Part shown: positions 37,817 through 52,139 of the stretch, piece by piece
How positions within the stretch are numbered: the first letter of the stretch is position 1
Layout: each line of letters begins with the position of its first letter
Assembly (NCBI GenBank): GCA_002245135.1
Contig: NGBS01000905.1
Location: 1-64,000, forward strand
Direction: 5' to 3'
DNA length: 64,000 bases
Source: Proteromonas lacertae
Lineage: Eukaryota
Position numbers and translations under genes: made by a program
Notes under the pieces: generated by a model
What the model was told of the DNA's origin: nothing
The model's database searches: none
Seen by the model: only the letters and a program-made list of their open reading frames with translations

Positions 37817-40800
37817 ATGGAAATCATTTTTTATGTATCATTGATGTCACTGGTAATGATTGGACCAGTATTTGGTGGTATTGAATTACTAATTTCATAT
37901 TTCTAGCTCAGTTATATATTCATGAAATTAATCAATGTGATCCTGTTTTTGGTATGGGTACGAATACAACAATATTTAGTAAGCAAGGTTATAGTGAAGG
38001 TGGTTTTTATAATGATGAACATTGTGACTGGAGTAGTATTTATTTAAAGATAGCGATGAATGAATCAATTGTATATGGATATAATAACACTTGTATTTTA
38101 AATAGAATTTAATTTTATTGTTATAGATGGATTATATAACTATACTGCTACAGTATACAATGCATTAGCTTACATTTACTCTGATGAAGCATATGACATA
38201 TTAGAAGAAATGGGCTGTTCCAATTTAACTCAAACAGAAAAAGTTGTGGATTTATTAAAGTATAAAACTCATTATAATCAATAAAAATGTATAGTGATTG
38301 TGAATTAACTGATGACTATACACTCGATGGTGAAGGGTTGTTTTATTATGGTTATAATGGTAAGAATGAAGCTGTTTATTATTCAACTGAAGGGTATGAC
38401 ACTCTTATGTTTGGTCAATTTGGTTTAGCATCTCATCGTATAGTTATTTATTAATATTAACAAATATATAGAAATTAATTTCACTGAATATTCCTTTAGT
38501 ACTGATTCTTCATCTAATATTAAAACAGTGAATGTTTCATTATCATATTTTAACTTTCCAATTTATGAATATTTAGTATTAGAAAACTTCACATTATTCT
38601 GTGGTTTTCATGAAAAAGAATCAATAACTGAATCATTGTTAGATTATAAAGAATATAAAGTCAATTTAAGTGGAGATTCAATTATTTTAAGTACAAATCA
38701 AACTAATATGAATTATTTTAGTTGTAAATTATATTATAATTACAATTATAATCCAAATATAACAAACAGTTGTGTTTCTAATTATACCATTCCTGTTTCT
38801 GCAAAAGAAATAGATTTTAATATGTCTACTCATTTCAAGAGAAATTCAACTCATTTGAATGGTGATATAAATATATCATTTATGAATTGGAAAACATGTG
38901 AAAATGATTCAATTTCATTATCTTCATTAAAATGTAATTATTTCCATTATATTCCAAGTAATGAAACATCATTTGATGATGTTGAAAAGATAAATATAAA
39001 TTGTAATGGAACTAATATATCAATATGTAGTAGTATAATGGAATATGAATATTTGAGTTGTATGTTAAAAGTGAATAATAAGACAATAATTCATACTGAT
39101 AAAGTTCCTCCTCCACCAAATAACATAAGTATATATATATATATATATATATAATATAATATAATATAATTACAATTTAAATAGAAATAGTTCCAGCAAT
39201 GACAATATATGAACAAAAAGAAAGAATAACAGCTTATGGATCAGTATCATTTAAAGACTGGAGTAATTGTGAAATTGAGTCGTTGAAATACAAATTATAT
39301 TGTAATTTTGGAAGTATTGATGAGATTAATGGAACAGTGATAAAAGCTAAAGGAATGAATATAAACTGTGTGAAAACGATGATTCCATTGATCGAGACAA
39401 AAGAAATGTCAAAATTATATTTAATCTGTCAAATTCGAGATGAAAAAGAAATGATTCTAGCTAATTCGAATGTAAAATCTCGAAAATCTCCCATTTTACT
39501 CTTTGATAAAGTTAATACGAAATATGATATTGACAGTAATATAACAACTGCATCAGGAGATATTCATTATATTTGGAGTGATTGTGAACATTCAAGTGTA
39601 GTAGTTCATTTGAAATGTGACTTCTTTGATGAAATTCCAACAATTGATAGTGTATATACAATGAATATTGATGTTAATTGTCAAAGAACAGCAATTAATT
39701 ATGGTGATCGTAAAAATAAGCCTTTCTTTGGATGTATATTGAGTGATGAATATTTAAAATATACTTTTAATTATACTGAATTACCAAGATTTGAGATTAC
39801 TGACATAACGAATTTGACTTATAGTTTCAATAAGAGAGAAAAAGGTTTTATAAATAGTGGTAATTTGAAATTCAATCAATGGAAAGAATGTAAATCAAAA
39901 TCATCAATGTATAAGTTGTTTTGTGCTTATCATAATGTAGGAGATGTAACTGTTGATCCATCAAAATTAATAGAAATAAATTGTAATGGAAATGACATAA
40001 ATGTAATGACAGATGAAATAACTAATACTTATTTCAGTTGTGTGATTGTAAATCATAATCTTAAAGATGAAATAGTATTTATGTATAGAAAAATGTATGG
40101 TGTTTTTCTCAAAAATGAACTTCAAATATATACTCAAACAGCAACATGTAATTCAGACAAAAGTAATAATTTGTTAGTTAAAGGAATGGATAAATCTGAC
40201 TGTCATGACATAGTGAAAGATGATTTGTATTATATTTGTGGGTCAAACAAAATTCCTCCAGATTCAATGGGATTGTATGATTTACAGAATAGTAAAAAAT
40301 TTGATTGTGGAGATATAATACTTAATGAAGTAATTACAAATGGTGATAGATTTTATGGATGTTTAGTATATAACAAACAACTAAATACTCAAATGGAAGT
40401 ATTTTCCTTAGAAGCACCTACTTTCGATATGAGTGAAGTGAAGTTTTCATTTGATGAAAATAGCAATAAATATATAGCTAAAGGTTATGTGAAGTATATC
40501 TGGACTCGTTGTGATGATAGAAACAATAAGTTATTCTTTGAATGTAAAATGTTTGATGAAAAACCAAAATATGATCACTTTGACAAAACAAGTAGAACTG
40601 CATTGAATTGTAGTGGAATTAATATAAATATGGAAAGTGATAATTTGAATATGAAATATTTAGGTTGTGAAATTTATAATACTGAAGATTATACTGCTTC
40701 TTCAATTAAATACATTGATTTACCAAGTATATATGATGTATTCTATTTTTTGTAGGAATGAGCATGAAAACAGTTCAAATATATCCTAAGAATTTAACAG

Positions 40801-41543
40801 AAAAGATGTTTATAGTTGATGGAAAGATATTACCAGAATGGGATTCTTGTTCAGTTTATGAATCTAAAACTCAATTGTTTTGTAGTTTAACTCCAGAATA
40901 TCCTAATATAAAAGATATAGAATTAACAAATGCAATAGAATTCAAATGTGATGGAGTTGATATATCATCATTAGAATATTCAATAGAAGATGGTCATAAT
41001 TACTTCAGTTGTATAAGTAAGAATAAAGAAACCAATGAAATTTATGGCTATTCGATAAAAGAACATATTGAATTAGACATGAGTAGTTTGAATGTAGAAA
41101 TACTAACAGATGGTACAAGAATGATTGTTGGTAGAGTTAATTATGTATTCGACACTTGTGCAATGAATATGTATTATAAACACTTATGTATATTTTCAAA
41201 CAAAATCAATGGAAATGAATTTGATTATAATATTGGCATTCCTTTGGATTGTGGTGGAATTGTAATATCTTCTACTATTCCTGATTCTAATAATGATTAT
41301 TTCATTTGTGTAGTTTATAATCAATATAATCCAAACTCTGATTATTCATTAAGTTATATGAGTACTAATAATCCAACATCAAAGCCAAGTCCAATATCAA
41401 CTAACACGATATTCACTATTGTTGGTATTTGTGTAGGAGGATGTTTGTTGATTGTGTTAATTGGAATAGTGATTTATTGTATACGTTCAAAGCGTAGAAA
41501 TCTTAATTTGAGTGATTATGATGGCTATTCTAATTTCATATAA
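37817..41543 (+). CDS. Cys-rich repeat type I membrane protein, paralog B (extra N-terminal exons and repeats)
   Basis: Signal exon ends GTATTTGGTG|GT as in paralog A; same repeats; TM IFTIVGICVGGCLLIVLIGIVIYCI. Confidence 0.8.
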
Positions 41544-41635
41544 ATAAATTCAATATTATATTATTATTTGTGTTGATTTTGAGAAAAAGAATAACATCAT
41601 AATTAATCTAATGAAAATTCAATAAAAATATCAGG

Positions 41636-41709
41636 TCTTCCGTAGCTCAGCTGGTTAGAGCGTACGGCTGTTAACCGTAAGGTCGACGGTTCAATCCCGT
41701 CCGGAAGAG
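41636..41709 (+). tRNA. tRNA-Asn (GTT)
   Basis: Acceptor TCTTCCG/CGGAAGA, D-arm GCTC..GAGC, anticodon arm TACGG-CTGTTAA-CCGTA, T-arm GACGG-TTCAATC-CCGTC, followed by a T8 Pol III terminator. Confidence 0.97.
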
Positions 41710-41729
41710 ATTTTTTTTCTTTTTTAAAA

Positions 41730-42325
41730 ATGTCTGGTTTAGTGAGAACTACATCGATAAATCTGAAAAAATTAAATCATTCGAATGTATCAAGGAGTTG
41801 TGCACTTCCTGCAATTAAAAGGGAATCTTCTTATGTGGAACCAGGTAAAATCACTTAATTATTTTATTTTTAGAATATGATCCTTATTGTTTATATCAAG
41901 ATCGATTATTATTAATAAAAGAGAGAATAGAAGCTTGTGTATACATTTTCTAAAAACTATATATAGAGATTACAGATAAAGCGAATACAAGATATGCAAA
42001 ATGGTATAATCGAGCCAGTATAATTCATTGTTTACAGTTTTTTATATAGACATTTCAGCAACAGTTTTTTGATTTGTTAGATAACAGTGTTAGTAAAGAT
42101 GAAGATATAGATAAAGCACATGTACTAAATGAAAAGTCACTCGAAGATGTAAGGAAGAATTTAGACTTATTACTAAATGAAGGAAAGACATTATTGGCAA
42201 AGAAACCAAAGACAGCTTTAGAACAGATTTATGAATTGTTGAATGATTATTTATTATCACAATTATTCGGATTCTTTACATCATCTTCTTCTGAAACACA
42301 AAATGCAGATAATTCAAATAATTAA
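41730..42325 (+). CDS. Small multi-exon hypothetical protein
   Basis: ATG 41730 MSGLVRTTSINLKKLNHS...; ~30-nt GT-AG introns lead to the last exon 42074..42325. Confidence 0.5.
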
Positions 42326-42487
42326 TATATTCTATTTATTGTCGTAATTATTTATTCTTTTTGGTGAATATATATATTATTTTTATTCTTTTATCGATTG
42401 AATAAATGACAATTACGCATTGTATGTGGATGTATTAGGAAAATAAACATTGTGACATTTGACATGTAATATATCACTAAAATTACA

Positions 42488-43873
42488 ATGGAGTGTTTTG
42501 ATGAAAAGACTTTCTCATTTATTATTACTGACAACTATTCTGGAGAAGGGGAAGAAAATTCTATCTATGAATATGCTTCAGGTGATAAAATAAGTGAATA
42601 TGACGTATTTGTCTAATCTATGATATTTTTAGCATGAATGGCGTATAAACCCAATGAAAAATATCACTAATTCAATGCAGAACATTATGAAAACAATATC
42701 TGGTAGACCTATAGAAGTATTTCGTTTTTTTAAATATCATTATGAATAATAGCGTTTTGAATATTCAGATACACACAATGTAATGTATAGAGCAGTAATT
42801 ATTTCATTAAATGCTGTTACGTTCATAGTACACTTTCATTTTCTACTTTGTAGAGTACAGTACCGTCATTAACATTATCAAACCAGCTTCATGCAAACTT
42901 AGTAAAGTCATTAATAATGGCATTACTGTTACGTTTCGATATTCCCAATAAAAAGATGAAAAATTGGTATGAAAAAGACAAAGATTTAAAAATCACTCTA
43001 ACATCAATAATTGCTAATTCAATTCAATTGTTAAGATATTCAGATTCATATTTATTCAACGAATCAATCCCAAGATATAATTGTCCAATATCATTATATA
43101 AATCACTCAATATTTCAATCAATAAAATTCAAGAAATTACATTTGTATATATATACATAAATATTTATTATTTTTAATAGTTTCCTTGCTCATCAATAGT
43201 AATTGGTTCAATTATATTATTAGACAATAAAATATTATATTCAAACTTCCCTAGTGATATAATATATAAAGTTTATCATTATGTTATTACAGAAAATATG
43301 AATTTAATAGATGATCCAGTTTATACAAAAATTGATAATATTTTCTTATCATATAAATTTCCATCTAAACTATCACTCTCATTACCTGAAATCATTCTTA
43401 ATGACAATATGAATCATATAGACAGTAAAGAGAGAATAATGAACAGCAATCAATTTGTATTAGTAATCAATAGGAATAATAACGTTATTTACTGTAATTT
43501 ATTAAAACAAATTGTTGATCAATCACATTCAAATGTTGATATTAATCATCAATCTATTCAAAAATCAATTTTGACTGAAATATATTCAACTATCTCTGAT
43601 TATTATAAAGTATATATATATATATATATATATAATGAATTAGAATGTATCTCCAATTACTTATCAATTCGATTCACTAGATCCATTTGTTGGAATTGTT
43701 TATATCAAGAATAGAAATATTTATTTTCCAATTAAATATAATATTGATTCTAAATATTTAGATCAATTATATATTATCATTAATCATATTCGTACTCCAA
43801 AGACTTATAATACTGTTGAAATATGTGATTTATCACCAGATGAAGATGATGATGTATTTGATGAAGAAGTATT

Positions 43874-43909
<36 letters not shown>

Positions 43910-44176
43910 TGTATATGCATATAGAATTTAGTTGGTACTTATGATAATGATTTGACTCCTTTCCTATATCATTACGATTTGCAAGGAATTGAAGAACCTA
44001 CATCGTATCATTGATTTATTTCATTTTTTAATAGTATGACTATTAATTTACAAGTGTATGGTGAAAGTATGAATTATGTTTGTGAAACTGTTGGTAATTC
44101 TATGATTTATTTGTTGTGTAAAGATGACAATTATAGGAAAATAGTTACTACACTTGGATCTTATCCATTTGTATAA
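42488..44176 (+). CDS. Multi-exon protein, possibly CCZ1/longin-domain family
   Basis: FIITDNYSGEGEENFYYEY and SIILLDNKILYSNF recall CCZ1 segments; last exon ends YPFV* followed by a GU-rich tract at ~44190. Confidence 0.4.
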
Positions 44177-44252
44177 TCTAATTACTTTATTTTGTTTTGT
44201 TGTTTTAGAGAATGAAATATTAAAAATATAGTCGTTTTTCATTTTTATTTTT

Positions 44253-45178
44253 TTGATGAATAACTTCAATTTCTCATCAAATGGTAGTATTCAACCTGAT
44301 ATAATAAATATGAACACATCTCCTGATTTGTTAGAGGAGTTGATTCAATATAAACTAGCGACATTGTTGGATATTGCTTCTTCAGAGAGAGAAATAAACG
44401 AATATAAAAGTGTACATAATTTATTATTTAGTATAAAAGGATTAAAAGAATATCTACAGAACATTGTGTTATCTCTAGGTTCTACTCTTCTTTTGTATTA
44501 ATAAATATTGTATATACATATAGAATTCATACATTAGACTATTCGTTAAATGCAAAACACTATCCTTTAATACCAATAGTAAAACAATATTACTCACAAT
44601 TATTATACTCAAAAGATAGATTATTTTCACAGTTACAATCAAAATTTAAAGAAATTGAAAAATATAAACAATTGTTTCAATATTCGATAGATTTACAAAA
44701 GAATTTTATTCAGCAATTAGAAATGGAACATTGTGAAAAACGAGCAAATACAATGAAACAGAATTTGATAATAAAAAATGAATATTGTGAAAAAATAAAC
44801 ACACTTTTGAAATTTGAACCATCTACATTATTTCAGCTATTCCAAAAATCAGAAATAAATGAAGTTATATCAAATAATTCAATCCAAAGAATGAATAATC
44901 TAATCAAAATTGAATATCCATCAATATCAGAGAATTTATTTGAAAGAAAAGAGCAAATGACATTATTTCCACTTTGTTTAACAAATACACCACCAACATC
45001 ACAATTATCTGATGGTACACAGTCATTATCTCAACTAATTTCCAACAACAATATTATTACCTCTACTCCTTTATCTCCATTATCTAGAACTTCTTCAATT
45101 AATGTAAACTATTCACAGAAAAGAAGTAATCAATCAAAATCATCTTCTATACCTAACAAAAAGACAAAATTAGATTAA
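44253..45178 (+). CDS. Coiled-coil protein with S/T-rich tail and basic C-terminus
   Basis: Two ORF segments joined by a short intron near 44480-44523; ends PNKKTKLD. Confidence 0.5.
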
Positions 45179-45201
45179 ATATAGTAAATTTTTAGTTTTA
45201 T

Positions 45202-45475
45202 TTATTTATAAAATGATACTCCTTTAAAATCATCTCTTTGTAGGGTTGTCAACTGCTTCCAACCTCTGTGCAACAGAAATTCTATTCTTGTGAAATCTGA
45301 TCTTTTCAAATCTTTAGCCTATAACAGTTAAACATTATACATTCTATACATTCTTGTGAAATTCCTCTTTAGCATATTTTTCAACTGATTCTCTAATTAG
45401 TTGCGGTTTATATCGAGCACATCTAAGTATTTGTCTATATAAACATAAAATTTCTTTTTGGACCTCAGAATGCAT
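45202..45475 (-). CDS. SDHAF1: LYR-motif succinate dehydrogenase assembly factor 1
   Basis: Manual splice (intron 45319-45349): MHSEVQKEILCLYRQILRCARYKPQLIRESVEKYAKEEFHKNAKDLKRSDFTRIEFLLHRGWKQLTTLQRDDFKGVSFYK; LYR plus the D..RIE.L..RG..QL signature. Not in the ORF track. Confidence 0.85.
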
Positions 45476-45556
45476 TTAAAATGCAAAATAGTATATTCGG
45501 TAATTTACTTATATCTTTACATGTCAGTTTTTTAAAATTTCTTAAAAACTGATAGA

Positions 45557-48500
45557 ATGATTAGCTTATTATCTTCTGATGTAAATGATCTCGATAAGGT
45601 GTTAACTGAATCTGTGTTAGGAGAAAATAGTAGTAGTACGGCATTATCGTCTCTAAAATCAAGAAGAACATGCGGTAGAGTTTTATGTGATGGTGAGATA
45701 ATTGTGTATTGCCAGCAATGTTGTGTATGATATTTAATCCGTTTATACTTTACTGTAGAAAAACCCAACTTGCATATACTGTATTGATTGTTTTGATACT
45801 GAAAAACACAAAGGACACATTTATTTTTATCGAAATGCATATAATGGTAAGTGTGATTGTGGAGATGCAGAATCTATAGTTTCTTGTAATTTCTGCTCAT
45901 TACATTCGTATATAACGACAATTGTAATTTATGTTTATAATATAAATAGACTTACAACAGTTGTTACAATACATCAACATATAATTACTCAATTTGATAA
46001 TATTTGTAATATATTAATGAATTTTATGGATGAATTTTTATTCACCTACAAATTAAGTATATATGATCAAGAGAATATAAACCATCTTCATCACACTGAC
46101 AGTTTATATATATTATTGAATGAGATTAATTCTGACAAGGATTATTGTGAATTAATATCATATGAAGCAGCGAGGACAGTAGTAGCTGCAAAGATGTGTA
46201 ATGAACTAAGACAAATCGGATATTATCAATATAAAGTATAGTTTATCTACTTTTTTATAATATTCTAGACAATATCAGATGATTCTCTTTTAGAGTTTAT
46301 ACTAGATGCAAAAAATTATAACATCCATTGGGCTCTATTCAATAATATCAACAACATTCATAAAATAAAATTTGAAATAATCTTAAATTGGTTAACAAAA
46401 TTTGGACAAACAAATGAACAATTCTCTTCAATAATTGGTAAAAATTTAGTGAAAACTCGTGAACATGGAAGTTTATTACATGCTTTAGTTGTTACTGAAC
46501 AACAGTTATTACAACCATTATCTCAAAGTGTGAATCTTCTACTTGGTTTATGTAATGATTTTGATTTTAAAGTTGAATTTGCTCGAGAAATAGTTGATAA
46601 TTATTTCTTAGGTATAACTCAAATTATTAATGGAAATGGTATAAAAGAGAATATTTTTGGTAATTTTATTCAAGAATATTCCTCACCCAAAGTAATTCTT
46701 AAATTGTATGAAGAAAGGAATATATTGAATGATATGTATCACATTTATGAAGTATATATATATTTTTTAATTATTTTATTTCTTTAGACTTTTTTATATT
46801 TGATGGATAATGAACCTTTTCTAAATAAAGAAAATTATTCATCAGTTGTTTCTAATGTATTTGCAACATTTTTGGAGTATAACATTATCCTTATATATGT
46901 ATAAATAGAAGATTACAATATTTCACAAGATGTAAAGATGGTTTTGAAGTGATTGAAAAGAGAGGATATTGGAAAGAATGTATTGATTATATTCATAATT
47001 TAGTTACTTCATTAGTATATATATATATTATTATTATTATTTATTGAATAGGAACATATGAAAATTAAAAGATATATTGATGAACATATAGTTAATGATT
47101 TTGATGAAATATATATTGCACATCCGCTTTATATTCCTTTATATATCTATAATATAATAGGTGATACAAGTATAATAATAATAATAAATATATATTTATA
47201 TGTTTGAATAGGAAATCATTATGTTATACATAAAGAAAAAGGATATTTCATTAACATTCTACACCATTTAAAGTCATTAATAATGAATGATAATAAACAG
47301 TCATTCTGTAGAATGAATGATGTAAATCAAGTCTTTTTTGACTATGATCCATTTAAAGATGATATTAATTTGTTATGGGTGTTGGAATATCTTTACAGTA
47401 TAATTGCTGTTTATTGTTTGAATAATAACATATTACAGTTAGAAGAAATAATACCAAAAGATGAAAATGAATGTAAAATAATGATGGAAGGTCCATTACG
47501 ATTATTTGTATTTATTTATTTATATTTCTTCTTATTATTATTATATTAATTAGATTGTAAAAACACAATATCAAAGTGATATGTGGATAAGAAATGGAAA
47601 TATATTCAAATATCAAATGAAATATATATTTCAACATTCTGATGTACCCACCTATTTGCTTTATTATATTCAATTATTATTATTGAATATTGCTAATCCA
47701 ATGCAGTATTTGATAGAAAGATTTGGAATGAAAGATGAAAGAGTAACATGTAATTATAATGCCAATTTTATTCGATTCATATTAACATGTTTCAATAATT
47801 ATCCATATGAAAAGAAAAGTGAAAAATTGAATATGAAAGAATATGTCATATCTTTGTTAAATTCTAAAGATTATTCATTTGGTCAAGTTATATCAAAGCT
47901 ACAAAGATATTTCTATTTAAAAGAGTCAATGGAAGTACATAGAATATGTGATGAAATAATCAAAGAATTGAAATGTATTTTAACACCTCGTCAATTGTTT
48001 GAATCTTCTTATTTCACTTTAAATCCAAATGTTGTTTATGATTATGATATATTCTCAATATATTCATATATTAATCCAGACATTGATTTTGAAAAGATAA
48101 AATTCACTCCATTTGTTAATACAGAATATAACAAACTGTTTATGTTATTACAAGATATTTACAAATCTCCATTTTATTTTATCTTTTTATTCAAGTTATT
48201 GGAAAAGTATAATGATGGAAATTCAATAATATTGAATGAGTATTTATTGTGGATGATGATTCGAAGTTTACAATTCTATCCAAATGAATTAATCTCAACA
48301 ATAAAACCCAAATATATTCCTCTAATTGAAATGTTATGTAATGAATATAACAAGAATGAAAAGAATGAGTTATTGAAATATTTATTAGAGAATTTGAGTA
48401 AAAAAGATGAAGTATTAAACACAACAATAAAAGAACATTTAAATGAAAAAATGAATGTAAAGAAATCAAACAAAGATTTAATAGCAAAGAAGATGGCTTT

Positions 48501-50224
48501 AATGAAAAGAAAACAAGCTGCATTCACATCTACATTACCAGCAGAATATAATATTGAACCAAATCCAACTTTACCATCATCAAATTCTTCAGAAGTTTGT
48601 TTATGTGCAATATGTAAAGAAGAAGAGAAGAAAGATGATTCATTTGTCTATTTCTTTTTATCTCATTTTACTCCAATATATAATGATGATAAAGATAATT
48701 CTATTCCCATTATAAATTACTGTAGTCATTATGTTCATTTAAGCTGTTACAATTCTAACTTTTCTAATCAATCACATATAAATACTAGAAACAAATCATC
48801 TCCTTTTAAAGTAAATGCTACTGATAGAACTTCAATTGATTTTTGGTATATAGTTGTATATTTATATATTGAAATAGTGTAATATGTAAAATGTTCTACA
48901 ATAGAATTGTTCCATCTTCACAATCATTATTTCCCAATTTAGAAAAACCTAGTGTAGTTGATATACTAAATTGTCACTTTAATACAAAATCATATCATAG
49001 AATATTACCATCTGGTTATAATTTAAGAAGTTTATTAAATTATTATGGTAAGTACAATCCAACAGAATTTATCACTAAGAATTTTATTCATTATATCAGA
49101 ATGGGTAATACTATAAAACCATTTCAACCATTGAAATCAATGTTAGGTTGTGCTCAAGGTGTTTATTCAGAGAATTCAGAACTGTTTACTCATGATTATA
49201 TCTATAATTTAATCACACAAAACAACCCACAATCCTATTTCTCATTACTAATTCAATATCAAATCGAATATTTGAAGTATTTATTGGAAAATGATAAAGT
49301 GATTGAAGAAAAGGAATTGTTATTAGAAGATGATATTCAATGTGTTGATTGTGTATTAGAATTCTATAATTGGTTAAAAGATAATGATATTTTAATAATA
49401 AATGCCAATAATAAGTGTTTCAAAGCAACTCAAATCTACAATTTGTTATATAATGAATTCTATCAGATAAGTCAATTATGTTGTTTACTTTGGGAATGTA
49501 TAATAAATACAAGTAATATATTCCAACCATCTCAATTAACATTAAGATATTTATTCCATTTCTTCTATCTAGACACAATATTAATTCAGTCAACTGAATG
49601 TGAAAAGACAGAAGCAGAAGAAAAATTGGATTATAAGTTAGCTTTATTTTTAAATAATACAAAGAATGTTCCAGGATTAGCATCATTTCTATCAATTAAA
49701 CAATTGAAGTTTAATAATTTAATTACATTACCAAATAATCGAAATGATTTTATATTATCATATAGAGAAAAAGTATATTTGATTGAAATTCTATTTTGAA
49801 TAGCATTGTCCAAATTGTACAATAAAAAAACACAATTCAGTATGTTTAATATGTGGTTGTATATTATGTGCTGGAGAAGATTGTTGTAAATATAACAATA
49901 TTGGTGAATCAACAAAACATTCAAAAGAGAAACACAATGAAATTGGATTGTTTTACATATTTCATAGAAATTTAGTATATATTCATCATTTTATTATTTT
50001 TTTTATAGATAATATTAACATGGAAGGAAATAGCAATTTATTTAATGTCTCCTTATCAAGATGCTTATGGTGAAATAACTCCATATTATGCTTCCACTGA
50101 AATGACTCTAGATCCTCTAAGATATGAGTATTTGCAGCATATATGGAATAATAACTTGTTGATTGAGGAAGTGAATCATAAAAGACTGTCAAGAGATAGA
50201 TATATTATATCAAATTTCTTTTGA
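45557..50224 (+). CDS. UBR-box / RING E3 ubiquitin ligase, copy B (inverted relative to copy A; indel-rich 3' end)
   Basis: RTCGRVL..VYCQQC..CIDCF..EKHKGH..GKCDCGD; MWIRNG exon nearly identical to copy A; RING CAIC..CSHYVHLSC. Confidence 0.85.
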
Positions 50225-50553
50225 TTGACATGTTAGTATTATTGATTTTTTATTTCTTATATATGAATTGTATTTGAGTTATTACTATTTTCATAATGAA
50301 ACCAACTGCTAAATAGTAAAATTCATTAACTTATTACACATACTCTTTGAAATAAATATATTTACTTCTTCAAGAGTATATTTTAATCAATATATTAATT
50401 TGTGTTGTGTAATACCAATTTGTGCTTAACATTCCATTTAAGTGGTAATTACAATGTAATATAATCATAATGTTCGCTTAAAATAATCTAAAATGTTACA
50501 CATTCACACAAGTTTGAGACAGCTTGAGATATGTGTTTCATTTTTAAAAAATT

Positions 50554-52007
50554 ATGAAAACTTTGCTAATATCCTTATTATTAATCTGTATTTTTTAAAA
50601 TATAATTATGTATGTATAGCTGTCTTAGCTGACAGACCTACATTACCTTTACCAACAGAACAACAAATTAGATGGCAAGAACTTGAAATTAATGGCTTTA
50701 TTCACTTTGGTGTTAATACATATACTGGTATTAATTTATTGGATAATTTATTTAGGTAGAGAATGGGGTTTAGGTGATGAAGATCCAAATATCTTCCAAC
50801 CTACAAAATTAAACACCACACAAGTATAATAATAATTAATATATTTAATATATATAGTGGGTAGAAACATTCCAAATGATTGGAGCAAATGAAATTATAT
50901 TGGTAATAAAACATCACGATGGATTCTTCATGTTCCCTTCAAAGTATACAAATCACACTGTTGCTTATTCATCATGGAGAGATGGTAAAGGAGATATAGC
51001 AAAAGATTTTGTAGAATCTTGTAGATTATTAGGAGCTGAACCAGCTTTTTATTTATCTCCTTGGGATAGAAATTTCTACAATATGACTTGGCGTCCAGAA
51101 TACAATGAATTCTATGAGAAAACGATGAAAGAACTATTAACCAATTATGGAGCAATCTCTGAAATATGGTGGGATTGTGCTAATGCTCAAGAAAATATGA
51201 CAATGTTATATGATTGGAAATATTGGTATAATGAAATAAAACAGTATCAAGCTAACTGTGTAGCCACTTGTAATGGTCCAGATGCAATTTGGGCAGGAAC
51301 AGAAAGTGGATTAGGTAGAAGAAGAAAATTGGGGTTATTGTAATGGAAATGATATATTTCCATCTGAAAACTTAGTTTATGCACCAAAATTATTGGATGT
51401 GACATTAAGAGGTGGTTGGTTTTATCATCCAAATGAGAAACCAAAATCAATGAAAGAATTACAAAATATTTATTTCAAAAGTGTTGGTTATGGTTACAAT
51501 CTACAATTAAATATTCCTCCAACAAAAGATGGTTTATTTTGTGAAGATGATGTAAATCGAATGAAAGAATTTGGTAAATATTTACATAAAACATTTGATG
51601 TAGATTATGCTCGATTAGCTGTTCGATTTAATAGTTCAAGTGAGAGAGAAGGATATTATGTATCAAATGTAGTAAATAGTGATAAATATTTATATTGGAT
51701 TCCAGAAGGTGATTATACAAATAGTGGTTGTATTGAATTATATTTTGATGAATATATATCATTCAATGTAGTAATGTTACAAGAATATATTCGTGGAGGT
51801 CAAACAGTAGCAAAATATCGAATCGAAGTAAAGAATGATGAAGAATGGAAAGAGATCAAAAGTGGAACAACAATAGGTCATAAGAAACTTCATTTATTTG
51901 ATAGTTTAATAAAGACGAATGGAGTTCGTTTAAGTATTGTTGATACTTGGAATTCTTATCCTCCAAAAATCAGTCGATTAGGATTGTTTATTTCTCCTGA
52001 ACTATGA
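50554..52007 (+). CDS. Secreted alpha-L-fucosidase (GH29, bacterial type) with C-terminal F5/8-like domain
   Basis: PTEQQIRWQ, FIHFGVNT, KHHDGF, YLSPWD, EIWWDCA, GWFYH, SVG..LNIPP, GTTIGHK; three short introns, one frameshift at ~51320. Confidence 0.92.
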
Positions 52008-52139
52008 GAATTGTGATTAATTATTATAATTGATATTATTGTTGTTAAATTGTTTGTGAGTATAATATTATACATGTAAATTAATTATCAAACTTTAATC
52101 AAGCTCATTTCATTTTGTGTGTAATTATTCAAGGTATTA

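Noticed and set aside
39129..43910. (AT)n runs at ~39130, ~43610 and ~43880
   Set aside because: Simple microsatellites inside short introns; no further structure.
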